Assembly (NCBI GenBank): GCA_040220235.1
Contig: JAVJTO010000122.1
Strand: one strand, 5' to 3'
DNA: 57,097 nucleotides
Origin: Coleofasciculus sp. B1-GNL1-01
GTDB lineage: Bacteria > Cyanobacteriota > Cyanobacteriia > Cyanobacteriales > Coleofasciculaceae
The translations under genes and the position numbers were made by a program. This document shows positions 40,915-52,556 of the stretch, in pieces; position 1 is the first letter of the stretch; each line of letters opens with the position of its first letter. The notes below the pieces were generated by a model, which worked only from the letters and a program-made list of their open reading frames with translations, made no database searches and had not been told where the DNA came from.

Positions 40915-41130
40915 GCTATCCGCTCAACACAGGACAACTGTGGACAAGATAGCCAGACTGAGGCTTGAAAGCCTACGTTAAAGAGGTCAAGACACCTACG
41001 AATGCTTTCCAGTTTGTAGCCCTGTCGTCAAGGATTAAACAGGTTTATTGAGCTAAACCAGTGTCTTTGACCGAACAAGCCTCTTTAACTTTGTCGAGGA
41101 ACACGTTACCGGAGCAATCCGAGATTGAAA
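40915..41130 (+). ncRNA. omegaRNA/HEARO scaffold of IscB
   Basis: GCTATC/GATAGC closing stem, then CCAGACT..CTACGTT, ACACCTACGAATGC..CCAGTTTGTAGCCCTGT, TTAAACAG..CAGTG and AACTTTGTCGAGG..TTACC; directly upstream of iscB. Confidence 0.85.
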
Positions 41131-41133
41131 CTT

Positions 41134-42435
41134 ATGTTTGTGTTTGTACTGGACAAAAATAAAAAACCGCTCGCTCCTACTCACCCAGCACGCGCAAGAA
41201 AGTTGCTTCGTACTGGCAGAGCGTCAGTGCTTCGTCGCTTTCCATTCACCATCATTTTGCATGACACACAAGTGAAGGACTCTCAAGTCTCAGAATACAG
41301 ATTAAAAATTGACCCAGGAGCGAAAGTCACAGGGATTGCCGTCCTCAAAAGCAATGTGGTGGTATGGGCAGCCGAATTAACTCATAGGGGCTTCGCCATC
41401 CGAGATGCGCTTACCACCCGCCGTCAAGTGAGACGATCACGACGCAATCGCAAAACTAGATATCGTGAAGCACGGTTTAATAACCGTCGTCGTCCCAAAG
41501 GATGGTTGCCACCATCTCTAAACAGTCGAGTTCAAAATATATTGACTTGGGTAAGGCGATTATCAGGAGTCTGTCCGATCATGGGCATTAGCCAGGAGCT
41601 AGTCAGGTTCGATTTGCAAAAGATGCAGAACTCAGAAATATCTGGCGTCGAGTATCAACAGGGCGAGCTGGCTGGCTACGAGGTTCGTGAGTATCTCCTC
41701 GAAAAGTTTAATCGGTGTTGTGTCTACTGCGGTGCAACCGACACTCGACTAGAAGTCGAACACGTCAAACCACGCTCGCTTGGCGGTAGTAACCGTGTGA
41801 GCAACCTAGCCATCGCCTGCAATCCGTGCAACCAAGCTAAAGGCAATCAAGACATTCGAGAATTCTTGGCAGGCAAACCAAGTGTTCTCAATCGGATTCT
41901 TGCTCAACTTAAGAAGCCATTAGTTGATGCTGCTGCTGTTAATGCGACCCGATGGACTTTGTTTGAGCGACTCAAAGCCACGGGGCTACCCGTGGAAACT
42001 GGGACGGGTGGACAAACCAAGTTTAATCGCATTCGTCTGGGATTAGAAAAAACTCACTGGGGAGATGCGGTAGCTGTTGGCAGTTCAACACCCCACCGGG
42101 TCATAGTCAAAGTCGTCAAACCTTTGATAATCAAGGCTACAGGTTACGGGCATCGACGGATGTGCAATATCACCAAGTTTGGTTTCCCTCAAGTGAATAA
42201 CAAGGGTGAGCTAGCTGTTCGTTCTAGGGTGAAAAAGGTTTACGGCTTCCAGACTGGGGATATGGTAAAGGCTGCTGTCCCCAAAGGGAAAAACGCAGGT
42301 ACTCATGTTGGTCGAGTCACAGTTAGAAAAACCGGGCAGTTTGATATTTCCACATCTATCCAGAAGCTTCAAATCATTAACCACAAATACTGCACACCAA
42401 TCCATCGGCATGATGGCTATAGTTATGCCACATAA
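41134..42435 (+). CDS. iscB: RNA-guided endonuclease IscB (OMEGA, RRXRR family)
   Basis: PLMP-like PLAP, RuvC-I IDPG, Arg-rich bridge helix RRSRR, RuvC-II QELVRFD, HNH (C..C..EH..GGSN..NL..C..CN), RuvC-III HWGDA; no disruptions. Confidence 0.95.
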   Translation: MFVFVLDKNKKPLAPTHPARARKLLRTGRASVLRRFPFTIILHDTQVKDSQVSEYRLKIDPGAKVTGIAVLKSNVVVWAAELTHRGFAIRDALTTRRQVRRSRRNRKTRYREARFNNRRRPKGWLPPSLNSRVQNILTWVRRLSGVCPIMGISQELVRFDLQKMQNSEISGVEYQQGELAGYEVREYLLEKFNRCCVYCGATDTRLEVEHVKPRSLGGSNRVSNLAIACNPCNQAKGNQDIREFLAGKPSVLNRILAQLKKPLVDAAAVNATRWTLFERLKATGLPVETGTGGQTKFNRIRLGLEKTHWGDAVAVGSSTPHRVIVKVVKPLIIKATGYGHRRMCNITKFGFPQVNNKGELAVRSRVKKVYGFQTGDMVKAAVPKGKNAGTHVGRVTVRKTGQFDISTSIQKLQIINHKYCTPIHRHDGYSYAT

Positions 42436-42598
42436 TCCACTTTTTTCCATTGATTTAATGACTAGAGGCGCACCGATCGCACTGTCTTTGATCACTGCTG
42501 TTGGAGGATCTCAGGTTAAGCTATTTCTTTCAAGGAGTTAGGTAAATGTAGGGGCGCAAGGCTTGCGCCCTTACCAAAGTATCGCATCGAACCAAAAT

Positions 42599-45500
42599 TT
42601 ACTCGTGAGTGCCAATATCATCACAGAGAGTGCGATCGCGTTCTTTCACCTTGGGATTATGCTTGAGATAATTCCGCGCCCAATTACATCCCCGTTCTAG
42701 CAATTTATCCAAATCAGAATCCCATACGGAAATGTTGTCATTACCGCCAGCCGCAATCAGTTGACCATCAGGACTGAAACTCACGTCATGACTGCCTATC
42801 CGCTCAAAGGTTGTCAGTAATCTACCATCTAAACTCCAGAGTTTGACGTTTCGTGTACTTGCTGAAGCAAGTAGTTGACCATCGGGTCTAAAGTTGACAC
42901 TGGTAACTGGATAGTCATGAGGGAATGAGAGAGTTGTTTTGTCATTCAGACTCCAGAGTTTGACGGTTTTGTCATCACTGCGAATGGCAAAGGTCTGGCT
43001 ATTGGGACTGAAATTCATGGGTATGGGTTCAGGTTTATATTCGTTAGAGAATCGCTCAATCTGAAATGGGATACTTTTTATAAAAGTGCCATCAGTTTCC
43101 CAGAGTTCTACGGTGTTTTGGTTAGTTCGCAGGGCGATAATTTTACTGTCTGGACTGAAACGATACCCAAGTAAATAGCGACTGTATGAGTTTTTGTACT
43201 GTAACTCACCCTGAATTTTAATAGTAGCAATTTTATTTCCATCATGCTGCCAAAGTTGTAACGTCTTATCATCTTTGACAGTAAACCATATTCGGTAATC
43301 TTGACTGTAGCCGTGTGTTGCTTTGTCAAAGGTATTGAGCAAAGTACCGTTTAGATCCCAGAAGTGCTTACTGTTGTCATCTTCAGTGACTATTGTCCTG
43401 CCATCAGAACTAAAACCTTTAATCGATCCATCGACTTCAAACGTGGCAATTTCCGTGCCGTCGATTTTCCAAATTGTCAATGTTTGAGTATCATCAGATA
43501 AGATTCTACCAAAAATAGCCAGAGTTTTGTCATCAGGGCTGAACCTGACATTAAGACGACCATATCCTTGAACTGTTTTAATAAGGGTTCCATCTCTTTG
43601 GAAGAATTTTACAGTGTTATCGCCATCATGAATAACCAATATCTCGCCATTTGAACTTAAACTTATGTTCTCGATTTTATCTTTGTAGCCTTTCAAGGTT
43701 TTAATTAACTTGCCATTCCGTTGCCAAATTTTAACTGTGTTATCTTTACTTGCTGTGGCAATGATATTTCCATCAGAACTAAACTCGATCAAGTATATAG
43801 GATCTTCATGCCCCTTGAGAAATATTTTTGATTGACCATCTTTATTTAACAGTTGTGTATGATTATTATTTGTTATCGCGATGTCATTAGTACCTAAACT
43901 AATTGTTTCATCAATATTGCTTTCTTTAAGGGTAAATGTTTTACCATTTCCGCTCCAAATTTGTAAAACCTTATTGCTACTGGCAGCAGCAAAAATCGGA
44001 CTGCTGGGACTGAAAATTACTGTTGAGTTTTCTCCTGAAAATCTTCTTAAGAGTTTGCCATCTAAACTCCATAATTCTAGTTCAGTATTTTCAATTTTCC
44101 TTAATTTAGAATTATATAGTGTAGTAGTCGAGGCGAATAGATTATGACTTAAACTAAAATTTATATGAGTTGCCCTACTCCCTAAATCAATATGTCTGGG
44201 AGTCTCAAAACTAGATTTTTCTAAATTCCATAATTTGATTGTGTTATCTTCACTTCCAGAAACCAGCATTTTCGCATCTGGACTCAAGTCAGTACTACTG
44301 ACCAGATTTCTATGACCTATCAATAATCTTGACTTAGCTTTTTGTTCATCAAAAAATGGAAGTAATCGTATGTATTGACTGTTTTTAGAAAATGAATAGT
44401 AAAATAACGCAAATATTTGGTTTTTAATACCCGCCATTCCACCGGGATACAAATAAGATTTTAGAAAATAACCATTTTTTTGCTATAATCTTAAAGTTTG
44501 AGTTGATTTAGATATAATAATTTCATCATCCGGACTAAAAAATACTTTCTCAACAGAAGAACCATGATTTAAAGTTTTAATTAATTTACCATCCTGACTC
44601 CATATCTTTACCGTTTCATCCTCACTAGCAGAGGCAATTAGCTGACCATTTGAACTGAAATTGACGCTATTAACCTTTTTATCATGCTTGAACGTGGCAA
44701 TTGCTTGACCATCACGCTTCCAGAGTTTTACTGTTTTGTCTTCACTCGCCGATACAATTAGCTGACTATTGGGGCTAAAGCTTACACTGGTAACAGGTTT
44801 ATTGTGTCCTGTAAACGTAGCAACCGCTTGACGTTCTTTGCCCTCAATACGCCATAACTTAAGGGTATTGTCTTCACTTCCAGAAATAATCCATTTCCCG
44901 TCTGGGCTAAAGTCAATACTGGTAATCGTATCCTGATGTCCTTTGAATGTAACAACTTCCCTACTATCCACAGTCCAAATCTTGATCGTTGTATCCTCAC
45001 TACCCGATGCAATTAACTGACCATCCGCACTAAAAGAAACACAAGTTACCGTACCGCCATGTCCGTGAAAACTATTCATTTCTCGGATACTGTAAACCAC
45101 ATCCTGTAATGCCGCTTTCACTTTAATTTCAGTCTCAGGCTTAACGCCAATTGACCAACGTTGCAACCGTTTTCCAGCTTTTAACGTTTCAACTAGCGCC
45201 TCTAAATCTTGGTTTGAGCTAAGTTGCCTTTTCGCTTCAGTAATCCGAGAATTGAGATAGCTATCATTCTGATTCAGTAACACAAAGGGCAAGAATATTG
45301 CTAACGCCCCACTAAGAACGCCGAGTCCCACCTTCCACACTAATGAACGGCGAGTGTCTTCGAGTTGTTGTCTCAGAACTTGGTTCAGCTTGGCTTCCGT
45401 CAGCTTCCGTTGTTCTCTCTCTTTCTCTAATTCCTTAATTAATCGCTCAGATTGTTGATGACGGACAAATAACACGAGATAATCGTGAACCAGTTGATAG

Positions 45501-48118
45501 CGATCATCCGGGATAGCCGGAACTCTCAAGACTATTCCTGATTCGACTAACACCTCTAAAACTAAATCTAGCGTTGTACTCTTTACCTCTAACTCCAATT
45601 CTAAATCCGCACGAGTTTTTAGAGGGCGAGTGTTATTCTCATCAGTTAGTAAGTACAAGACAAGTTTGGCAACCTGCTCATTTCCTGATCCACAATCTTG
45701 AACAACATCGGCTAAAAACGCCTCAACCAATTCCTCCTTAGACTGATATTTTCGGTACTCTTTCAGCGTGGTAATCTTCTCCGTTTCCAGTTGATAGCCA
45801 ACAATCTGCAACTCAATCGGACGCACTTCTCCCAAATCCTTAGCTAAATCCTGCACCAATTGATCAACTAAATCTGGCTCAAAAGGTACAGGCGATCGCG
45901 CGGTTAAACTCTGGATGACAGATTTGGCGTCTGCGGCTGAAAAATTCCCTAAGTAATAGAGAATCTGCTCGTGATTTTTGTCAATATTAGTTAACGGGGT
46001 TGTGCGGTTTAACTCTAATAGGTAATAAATATAGTCTTCCCGCAGGGATAAAATAACTTTGACAAAACGAATCTCTATACATTCGTGCAGAAACTCATAA
46101 AACTCTCGTCGGCTGGCTGGATCTTTGTGATCAAAGAAAAATTCCTCAAATTGGTCAAAAATTAGCACAGTTAATAATTGGCTGTGTTCGTTTTGACGCA
46201 ATTGATTGAGAATGGTTGATAGGGTTGACCTATCCCCCCCAGCCCCCCTTCCCTGCAAGGGAAGGGGGGAGTCGGAATTTTCTTTGTTATCCTTATTATT
46301 CGTAATGTTAACGTTATTATCGCTAATTAAATCAACATCAAACCCTTTCTTCGCTCCCCCCTTTTTAAGGGGGGCGGGGGGGGGATCAGATTGACTATCC
46401 AGAGAATCCTTAGCGGAAATAGAAGAACGGTTCACGTTCTTCAACGCTTCCACTAAACCCTGATCTAACCCCCCGATCCAATCCTTATAAACTTGTAGCA
46501 AAACAGGGACAATATCCCGTCCTTCAAAATACGTCTGTTGCAGAATCGGAACTAATCCCGCCTGCAAAATTGAACTCTTTCCTACCCCAGATGACCCATA
46601 AATTACCGTCAACTTGCGATCGCGCCGTCGAATCCGTTCCAGCAGTTCCTCTAAATCCCTCTGGCGTCCAGAGGAAGCGACAATTTGGGATAAGGATAAC
46701 CGCTGTCTTCCCCGAATACCGGGCTGAATGACCTGTCGCGGCGGATGCAGTCGTCCCGCCCCAATAAATGCCCGTAAGCCATATTGGGTCTCGATTTGCC
46801 GTTGTTCTAATTTTAAATGAAAGGCGTCTAAATAATCCCCGTTCTGAAATTTCAGGGTACGTAAGTTTTGGAGAATGTTAACGTAAAGTTTTGGGTCATA
46901 CTGATGTAGGGGAATGGTGGCATTTAAGCTCATCTCTCTTGCTGTCGCTAAAGTCGCGATCGCGTCCTTTACTTGACCCAAGTGCTGCTGGGATTGTGCC
47001 AGAATAAAATAACACAATCCTAACCGTTTGATCTCAAACTCTGATATCTGTTGCCAAGCATCAATTCCCTGCTGCGCCAATGTCTGGGCATCCCGCCACT
47101 GATGTTTATTTAAAGCAACTTCGGCTAAAAACCCATAATCCTGGGCAATTTTCTGTACATCTCCCTGCTGCTGATGCCAAACTAACGCTTTTTCGGCTAA
47201 CTGTTGTAAATTTTCCCAGTCACCCACCTGTCGCAGTAAATCCCCTAATTTGCAACTATGGTGTGCCAAGGAATCGGTACAGTTTTTCTGATGTAAGTGC
47301 TGCCAAGATTGCTGAACATACTGGCGAATTTCCCCTTCATGCTGCTCCCCTTTCAGCGCATACGCCCAAGCGAGATGCAGCGAAACAATTCCCACCCGTT
47401 CTCCTGACTGATGCTGTTGCCAAAGGATTAAACTTTGCTGATAGTAAGTAATGGCTTCATCGATTTGATTATTTCGGGTGTGAATGACTCCCAGGGTTAA
47501 AGATAAAATAGCATTAAAATTCGGCGGCAAGTCTCGTCCTTGATTGTGGCAAGATTGCTGAATCGCCTCTAATTCACTACAATCTAAAGTCAAGTTTTCT
47601 GCATCAGCAAAAGCTTGAGCTGCCGTTTCTTCGACTAATGCCCTTAGTGCGGGTTCAGGTAGCACAAATTCCAGCTTGGGACTTGCCCAATTGTAGAGAT
47701 CCATGGCGACTCGAATCAGCCGTTTGCATACCTTATCGGTTGCCCAAAATACTACTGGGAACGGAAAATCGCGAAATAAATCGCGTACCTGATTTGTGGC
47801 GATGAGTAAGTCATCCAGATCCCCGACAGACTCTAACCCCGTTACCAATACAGCATCAGGCTGTTGATTCCCTAATTGATTGTGAATTGCGGTATAGATT
47901 GTCTGCGCCGATGACTCTAGAGATAACTCAACTAAGTTGAGGGAACAGCGTTGGTGTAGCAGGTGGAGAATCTGCGATCGCAAACAGGTATAGTTACACC
48001 GCGCCAGAATCAAGGAAAATCGTCCCCGCGAATGGGTAAGCGATCGGGTTAGGGTGTTTAATGCCTGATCGTTACAGGCGGCAATTTCGGCTAGGGGATC
48101 TAGGGTTGGGGTATTCAT
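42599..48118 (-). pseudogene. Large TPR + nSTAND-type NTPase + TM + WD40 protein split by one in-frame TAG (44483-44485)
   Basis: Walker A GSSGVGKSS, LIFDQFEE, YQLVHDYL. The two ORFs are in frame: ...TLRL*QKNGYFLKSYLYPGG..., with TAG at the Trp of a WD40 [11 protein letters not shown] motif. Confidence 0.8.
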
Positions 48119-48573
48119 AGCAATTAATTAACCTAGCACCAGAAGGCAGAAGGCAGAAGGCAGAAGGCGAGTCAGTAAAAGTAATCGGTTGTGCCATTGA
48201 CCTTAGTTCAGCGACTCGCCCCTACAGATATATAAATCCTACCGCAGAGATACTGGTGTGACCCAGCTACAATTTGGGAATAGATTAGATGGTTAAAATA
48301 GGACGCACGTCGGTTATCCGTGTACACTTCAGGTGAAAAGCTTTTCCCTGTGAGAGTTTGAATCTTATTACCTTGAAAATGATCCCCCTTAATCTTCCCG
48401 GCGTTTTAGGGGAAACCCAAGCCATTCCAGTTCCCTCCCGGTTCCCTCCCCTTACTAAGGGGAGGGTTAGGGTGGGGTTGTTTTGGGGAGGGTTAGGGAG
48501 GGGTCAGATCAAGGTATCGCTTTGTGTTTAAGCGTAAGTTGACACCAATGTACGCCACTACCCTCCTACCCTT

Positions 48574-49959
48574 TTACTCATTCTGCCGCACCCACGCCTG
48601 ATATTTTTGTGTCTCAAACAATAATGGATTTAAGCCAAACCAACTCCCCTGATCATCCTGATACTCAAATACAAATAAGCTTTGCAATAGGGTTTGATAT
48701 TCATGATCACCTTTAACCTTTTGTTCCCGCACCACTTGAAACAATAACTCCCATTCATGATTATCAATTGCCAACAATAAACTATCCCGTTCTTGGCGAA
48801 TGACCATTTCCAAAATCGGGCGAGAAATCGGTGGATCTTGCTCCTGGAGACAGGCATAAAACATCCCCAACAAACTTCGTACATGACCGCCACTTATCTT
48901 GCACAGTCGGTCTAATGTGTCAAGACTATCAAAGACTTTGGTAACACTTGCTAAACGTTCCTCGGCTGTCGCATCTGGAAACGCCCGGGCTAAAATCATC
49001 TGTCGCAGCAGCGCGATTCCTCCCGGATGATCTTGACCATCACGGGAGAAGACTGGCACCATGGATAAAACAATCGGACTACGACCATTTCCGAGACGAT
49101 TCTTTAACGGTTCTCGTAAATTGGAGAAAATTAGCGATAGGGGAAGGGTATACACCAAATGGCAATTGAGTTGACTTAATTGTTCGCCGCGATCGACAAA
49201 AATATATTCAGGAAGTGGTTTGCTGGAGGCGGCGGTTTCTTGATTGGGAATGCGATCTAAGTTATCGACAATGACAACTAATCCTTTTTGACCCTGTTGC
49301 TTGAGTTGGGCAATAGCAACTTCGAGGATTTCCTGATTAATATACTCTAAAATTTGACTGGTTTGGGGTTCCAAATGCTGTCTGAGTTTGGAACGCATCT
49401 GCTGACTATTTTTGGCTTTGATCGTAAGTTTGGCAATTTCATCGGGAAGGGAGACTTCAAAGTTGCCCTCGGTACTCGCTTTAACCGTACCAATCCCCGG
49501 AACTTTGGCTTCCCCTCCCACTTCTATCGGTGTCTGTAGCACATCAATGGTTTTCTGTAAAAACGCCTTAAATCCACCCGGTTGTAGCGCCACCCGACTC
49601 GATTCCAAACTGGCACTCACTTGGCGGGCGATCGCGAGTAGAATATCGGTAATATCAACATCCGCGACATCTAAATCATCTGTGGCTTGAAAATAGACGA
49701 CATGAAAGTCTAAAGCCTCCAACTCCATCTTTAACCGCAATAACTCTGTAGACTTGCCACAGCCAATATGTCCGGTGAATAATTGACAGGTAGGTTCGTT
49801 AGGGGATAGCCGTGCGATCGTTCGTTTTAGGGCTTCAATTGCCTTACCACCCCGCACTCCAGCAAATTCGATGTAATACTCGCGATCCTCAGCATTTTTC
49901 ATGTTTAAAGTTTTGCTGGGATTACACGCCGCGAAAAATCGTTCTAAATCTAACCTCAT
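48574..49959 (-). CDS. P-loop AAA-type ATPase partnered with the downstream TPR/STAND/WD40 gene
   Basis: Walker A GHIGCGKST, Walker B VVIVDNLDR, SGGHVR. Confidence 0.88.
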   Translation of the reverse strand: MRLDLERFFAACNPSKTLNMKNAEDREYYIEFAGVRGGKAIEALKRTIARLSPNEPTCQLFTGHIGCGKSTELLRLKMELEALDFHVVYFQATDDLDVADVDITDILLAIARQVSASLESSRVALQPGGFKAFLQKTIDVLQTPIEVGGEAKVPGIGTVKASTEGNFEVSLPDEIAKLTIKAKNSQQMRSKLRQHLEPQTSQILEYINQEILEVAIAQLKQQGQKGLVVIVDNLDRIPNQETAASSKPLPEYIFVDRGEQLSQLNCHLVYTLPLSLIFSNLREPLKNRLGNGRSPIVLSMVPVFSRDGQDHPGGIALLRQMILARAFPDATAEERLASVTKVFDSLDTLDRLCKISGGHVRSLLGMFYACLQEQDPPISRPILEMVIRQERDSLLLAIDNHEWELLFQVVREQKVKGDHEYQTLLQSLFVFEYQDDQGSWFGLNPLLFETQKYQAWVRQNE

Positions 49960-50015
49960 GAGATTGTATTCAGTGATGGGTCACCATTAAGCCAGCCAAT
50001 TTAAAATTCACGATT

Positions 50016-50057
50016 AAAAAAACACAAAAAATCTGCCGTAGCAAGGTAGACAGATTC
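50016..50057 (-). terminator. Intrinsic terminator-like hairpin downstream of the DRTGG gene
   Basis: AATCTGTC-TAC...G-GCAGATT followed by a long T run on the minus strand. Confidence 0.55.
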
Positions 50058-50096
50058 ATGACTAAAAACTAAGGACAAATGACAAATGATGAATTA

Positions 50097-51212
50097 TTAA
50101 TGCGTTGATACAGGTGCTTCTAAACCCAGCAAATTCATCAACCGTTCAATATCAAAATGTTCTGTCATAAGCTGTTGGATGCACTGGGCTTTAATAGATT
50201 CGCGTAAGCGTACTTGACCAAACGCGCGATCGATAATTTCCACCGTGGTGAGGGTATCGAGATCCACCGATAAAATGGGGATTTCTAGTTCTTCAGCCCG
50301 GTTGACAATTAACGGTTGAGGTGGTATCTGCCCTGTTAGAATTAGACAGTGGGTTGAAGTTTCCAGGGCTGCCATTTGGATATCCGTGCGATCGCCTCCG
50401 GTGACGACTGCCATGTGCTTACCTTTGCGGAAATATTTTAGGGCAGAGTTGACATTCATCGCGCCAATGGTCAAACTTTGAACCAATAAATCCACCCGAT
50501 CCGGACGGCAAAGCACTTGGGCATCGAGTTGATGAATCAATTCTCGCACCGTAACACTGCGGAGTAAATCGTTTTGGGGTAACATCCCTAATACAGGAAT
50601 ACCTTGCGCCTCTAGAAACGGTTGGACAGTGGATTGGGCGATGTCCAGTTGATCAGCCGGAACCGCATTAATCACAACTCCCCGTAAGCGATCGCCAAGT
50701 TGGTTTTTGGCAGATAGCAGCGTTTCCACCAGTAATACCGAATGAAAACGGCTGACTAATATAATTGAAGCCTCTATTTCTTGGGCAATGTCCAGTAACG
50801 ACAGGTCAAATAGATTCCCTTCATACAGGGTACTCGGTCCTTCGAGTACCATTAAATCACCAATCGGCGGCTGGAGATAAGACTTCAGCGATTCACGGTA
50901 ATTTGTCGAATCCTCACCCCGCAAGCGTTTCTGCATCGTCTGATCATCCAGATAAAGTAGAGGCGATCGCACCCGTTTTTCTGGTAGATCTAAGATAGAC
51001 GGAATAAACTGTACATCATCGCCTTCCCGATCCAGTTTATTCGCATACTCAGTACAGCCTAAGAGCTTACCATAACCAATATCCAGTCCTTTACTTTTAA
51101 GCTGATGGGCAATGCCCAGAATGATGGCGGACTTGCCACTATATGCTTCAGTTGATCCGATTAGTAAATAATTCACGGATTTTGTCACCCCTAATTTCGC
51201 TCCTCCGTTCAA
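50097..51212 (-). CDS. Phosphotransacetylase N-terminal/BioD-like + DRTGG domain protein
   Basis: STEAYSGKS, IGAM, VTGGDRTD and LILTG motifs. Confidence 0.88.
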   Translation of the reverse strand: MNGGAKLGVTKSVNYLLIGSTEAYSGKSAIILGIAHQLKSKGLDIGYGKLLGCTEYANKLDREGDDVQFIPSILDLPEKRVRSPLLYLDDQTMQKRLRGEDSTNYRESLKSYLQPPIGDLMVLEGPSTLYEGNLFDLSLLDIAQEIEASIILVSRFHSVLLVETLLSAKNQLGDRLRGVVINAVPADQLDIAQSTVQPFLEAQGIPVLGMLPQNDLLRSVTVRELIHQLDAQVLCRPDRVDLLVQSLTIGAMNVNSALKYFRKGKHMAVVTGGDRTDIQMAALETSTHCLILTGQIPPQPLIVNRAEELEIPILSVDLDTLTTVEIIDRAFGQVRLRESIKAQCIQQLMTEHFDIERLMNLLGLEAPVSTH

Positions 51213-51226
51213 AATGCCACTTGAGT

Positions 51227-51598
51227 TTACTCGTCACGTAGTAGTTTGCGATAAAATGTCTGGGAAAAATCGGTCAAGCGGGTACGCTTGAAATTCAAAA
51301 TCACTTCGATTAAGTAATTAATAAATTCAGAATTTGCCAACGTTACCTCATAACTCAATTCGGCATTGCCGTCAAACTGTAATCGGCAGCGAGTGAGTTC
51401 TGAAGGTAGCTTGGATACAAACCAGGTTGCCACAAAGGGAATACTCTCACCGCCTTCAATGCGGCGATTTCCTTCTAACGATCCCTGTTGATACAGACTA
51501 ATCGCCAGAGGGAGAGCATTGCGTTTAGCGCCTTGATAATAAGGCATGTAGACACCGACGGCGGCTTTTTCAGCAGGCTGAAGTTTCTCGATAGACAT
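51227..51598 (-). CDS. ebsA: Type IV pilus/secretion-associated protein EbsA
   Basis: Recognised sequence pattern VYMPYY...LP.AISLY..GSLEG.R.IEGG; adjacent to the DRTGG gene as typical in cyanobacteria. Confidence 0.8.
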   Translation of the reverse strand: MSIEKLQPAEKAAVGVYMPYYQGAKRNALPLAISLYQQGSLEGNRRIEGGESIPFVATWFVSKLPSELTRCRLQFDGNAELSYEVTLANSEFINYLIEVILNFKRTRLTDFSQTFYRKLLRDE

Positions 51599-51688
51599 AG
51601 CTGACTAACGTCTTGTTCCAATATTGAGAATGCCATGCACTCTCGTTGAAGGCTAATAAATTATAGAAAACCGATGCGGTTGAATTAG

Positions 51689-52132
<444 letters not shown>

Positions 52133-52556
52133 ACGTTCGGGGTGTGGGGGGTGGAGGTGCGGAGGGGTGGAGGTGTACAGGGGCGGGACTATCAAGATTT
52201 TTTGAATAACGTCAAGCTTGGGTATCCCATCTCAAGAGAAAAACCTGTGGAGGCTTGTAGGGGCGGGTTTAGCCATTTAATTTCGAGTCTCACCAATAAT
52301 ATTTCAGCAAAACCCGCCCTTACTCAAAATGGAGGAAGGTTTCTTAAGAATGATCGCCAAAATATCCTTATAAATCAGTCAAAGTCTTTAACGGTGAGTG
52401 GTGCGTTACGCTTCACTAACGCACCCTACAGATTTACCTGAAGTGCTGTCAAGCCAAGCTTTAAGCCCGTTACCCCATCGGCTTCCGGTTGAGATCACGA
52501 AATTCCAGTACCATAACCTAGTATGGGCTTACTGTTCCCCAAACCCCCCTTGGATT

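Noticed and set aside
52142..52556. ORF 52142-52441 and the long N-terminal extension of the epimerase (similarly menC, menE, moaD and HIT extensions)
   Set aside because: These upstream extensions lack family similarity and several run through REP/MITE sequence; downstream starts match the family N-termini.
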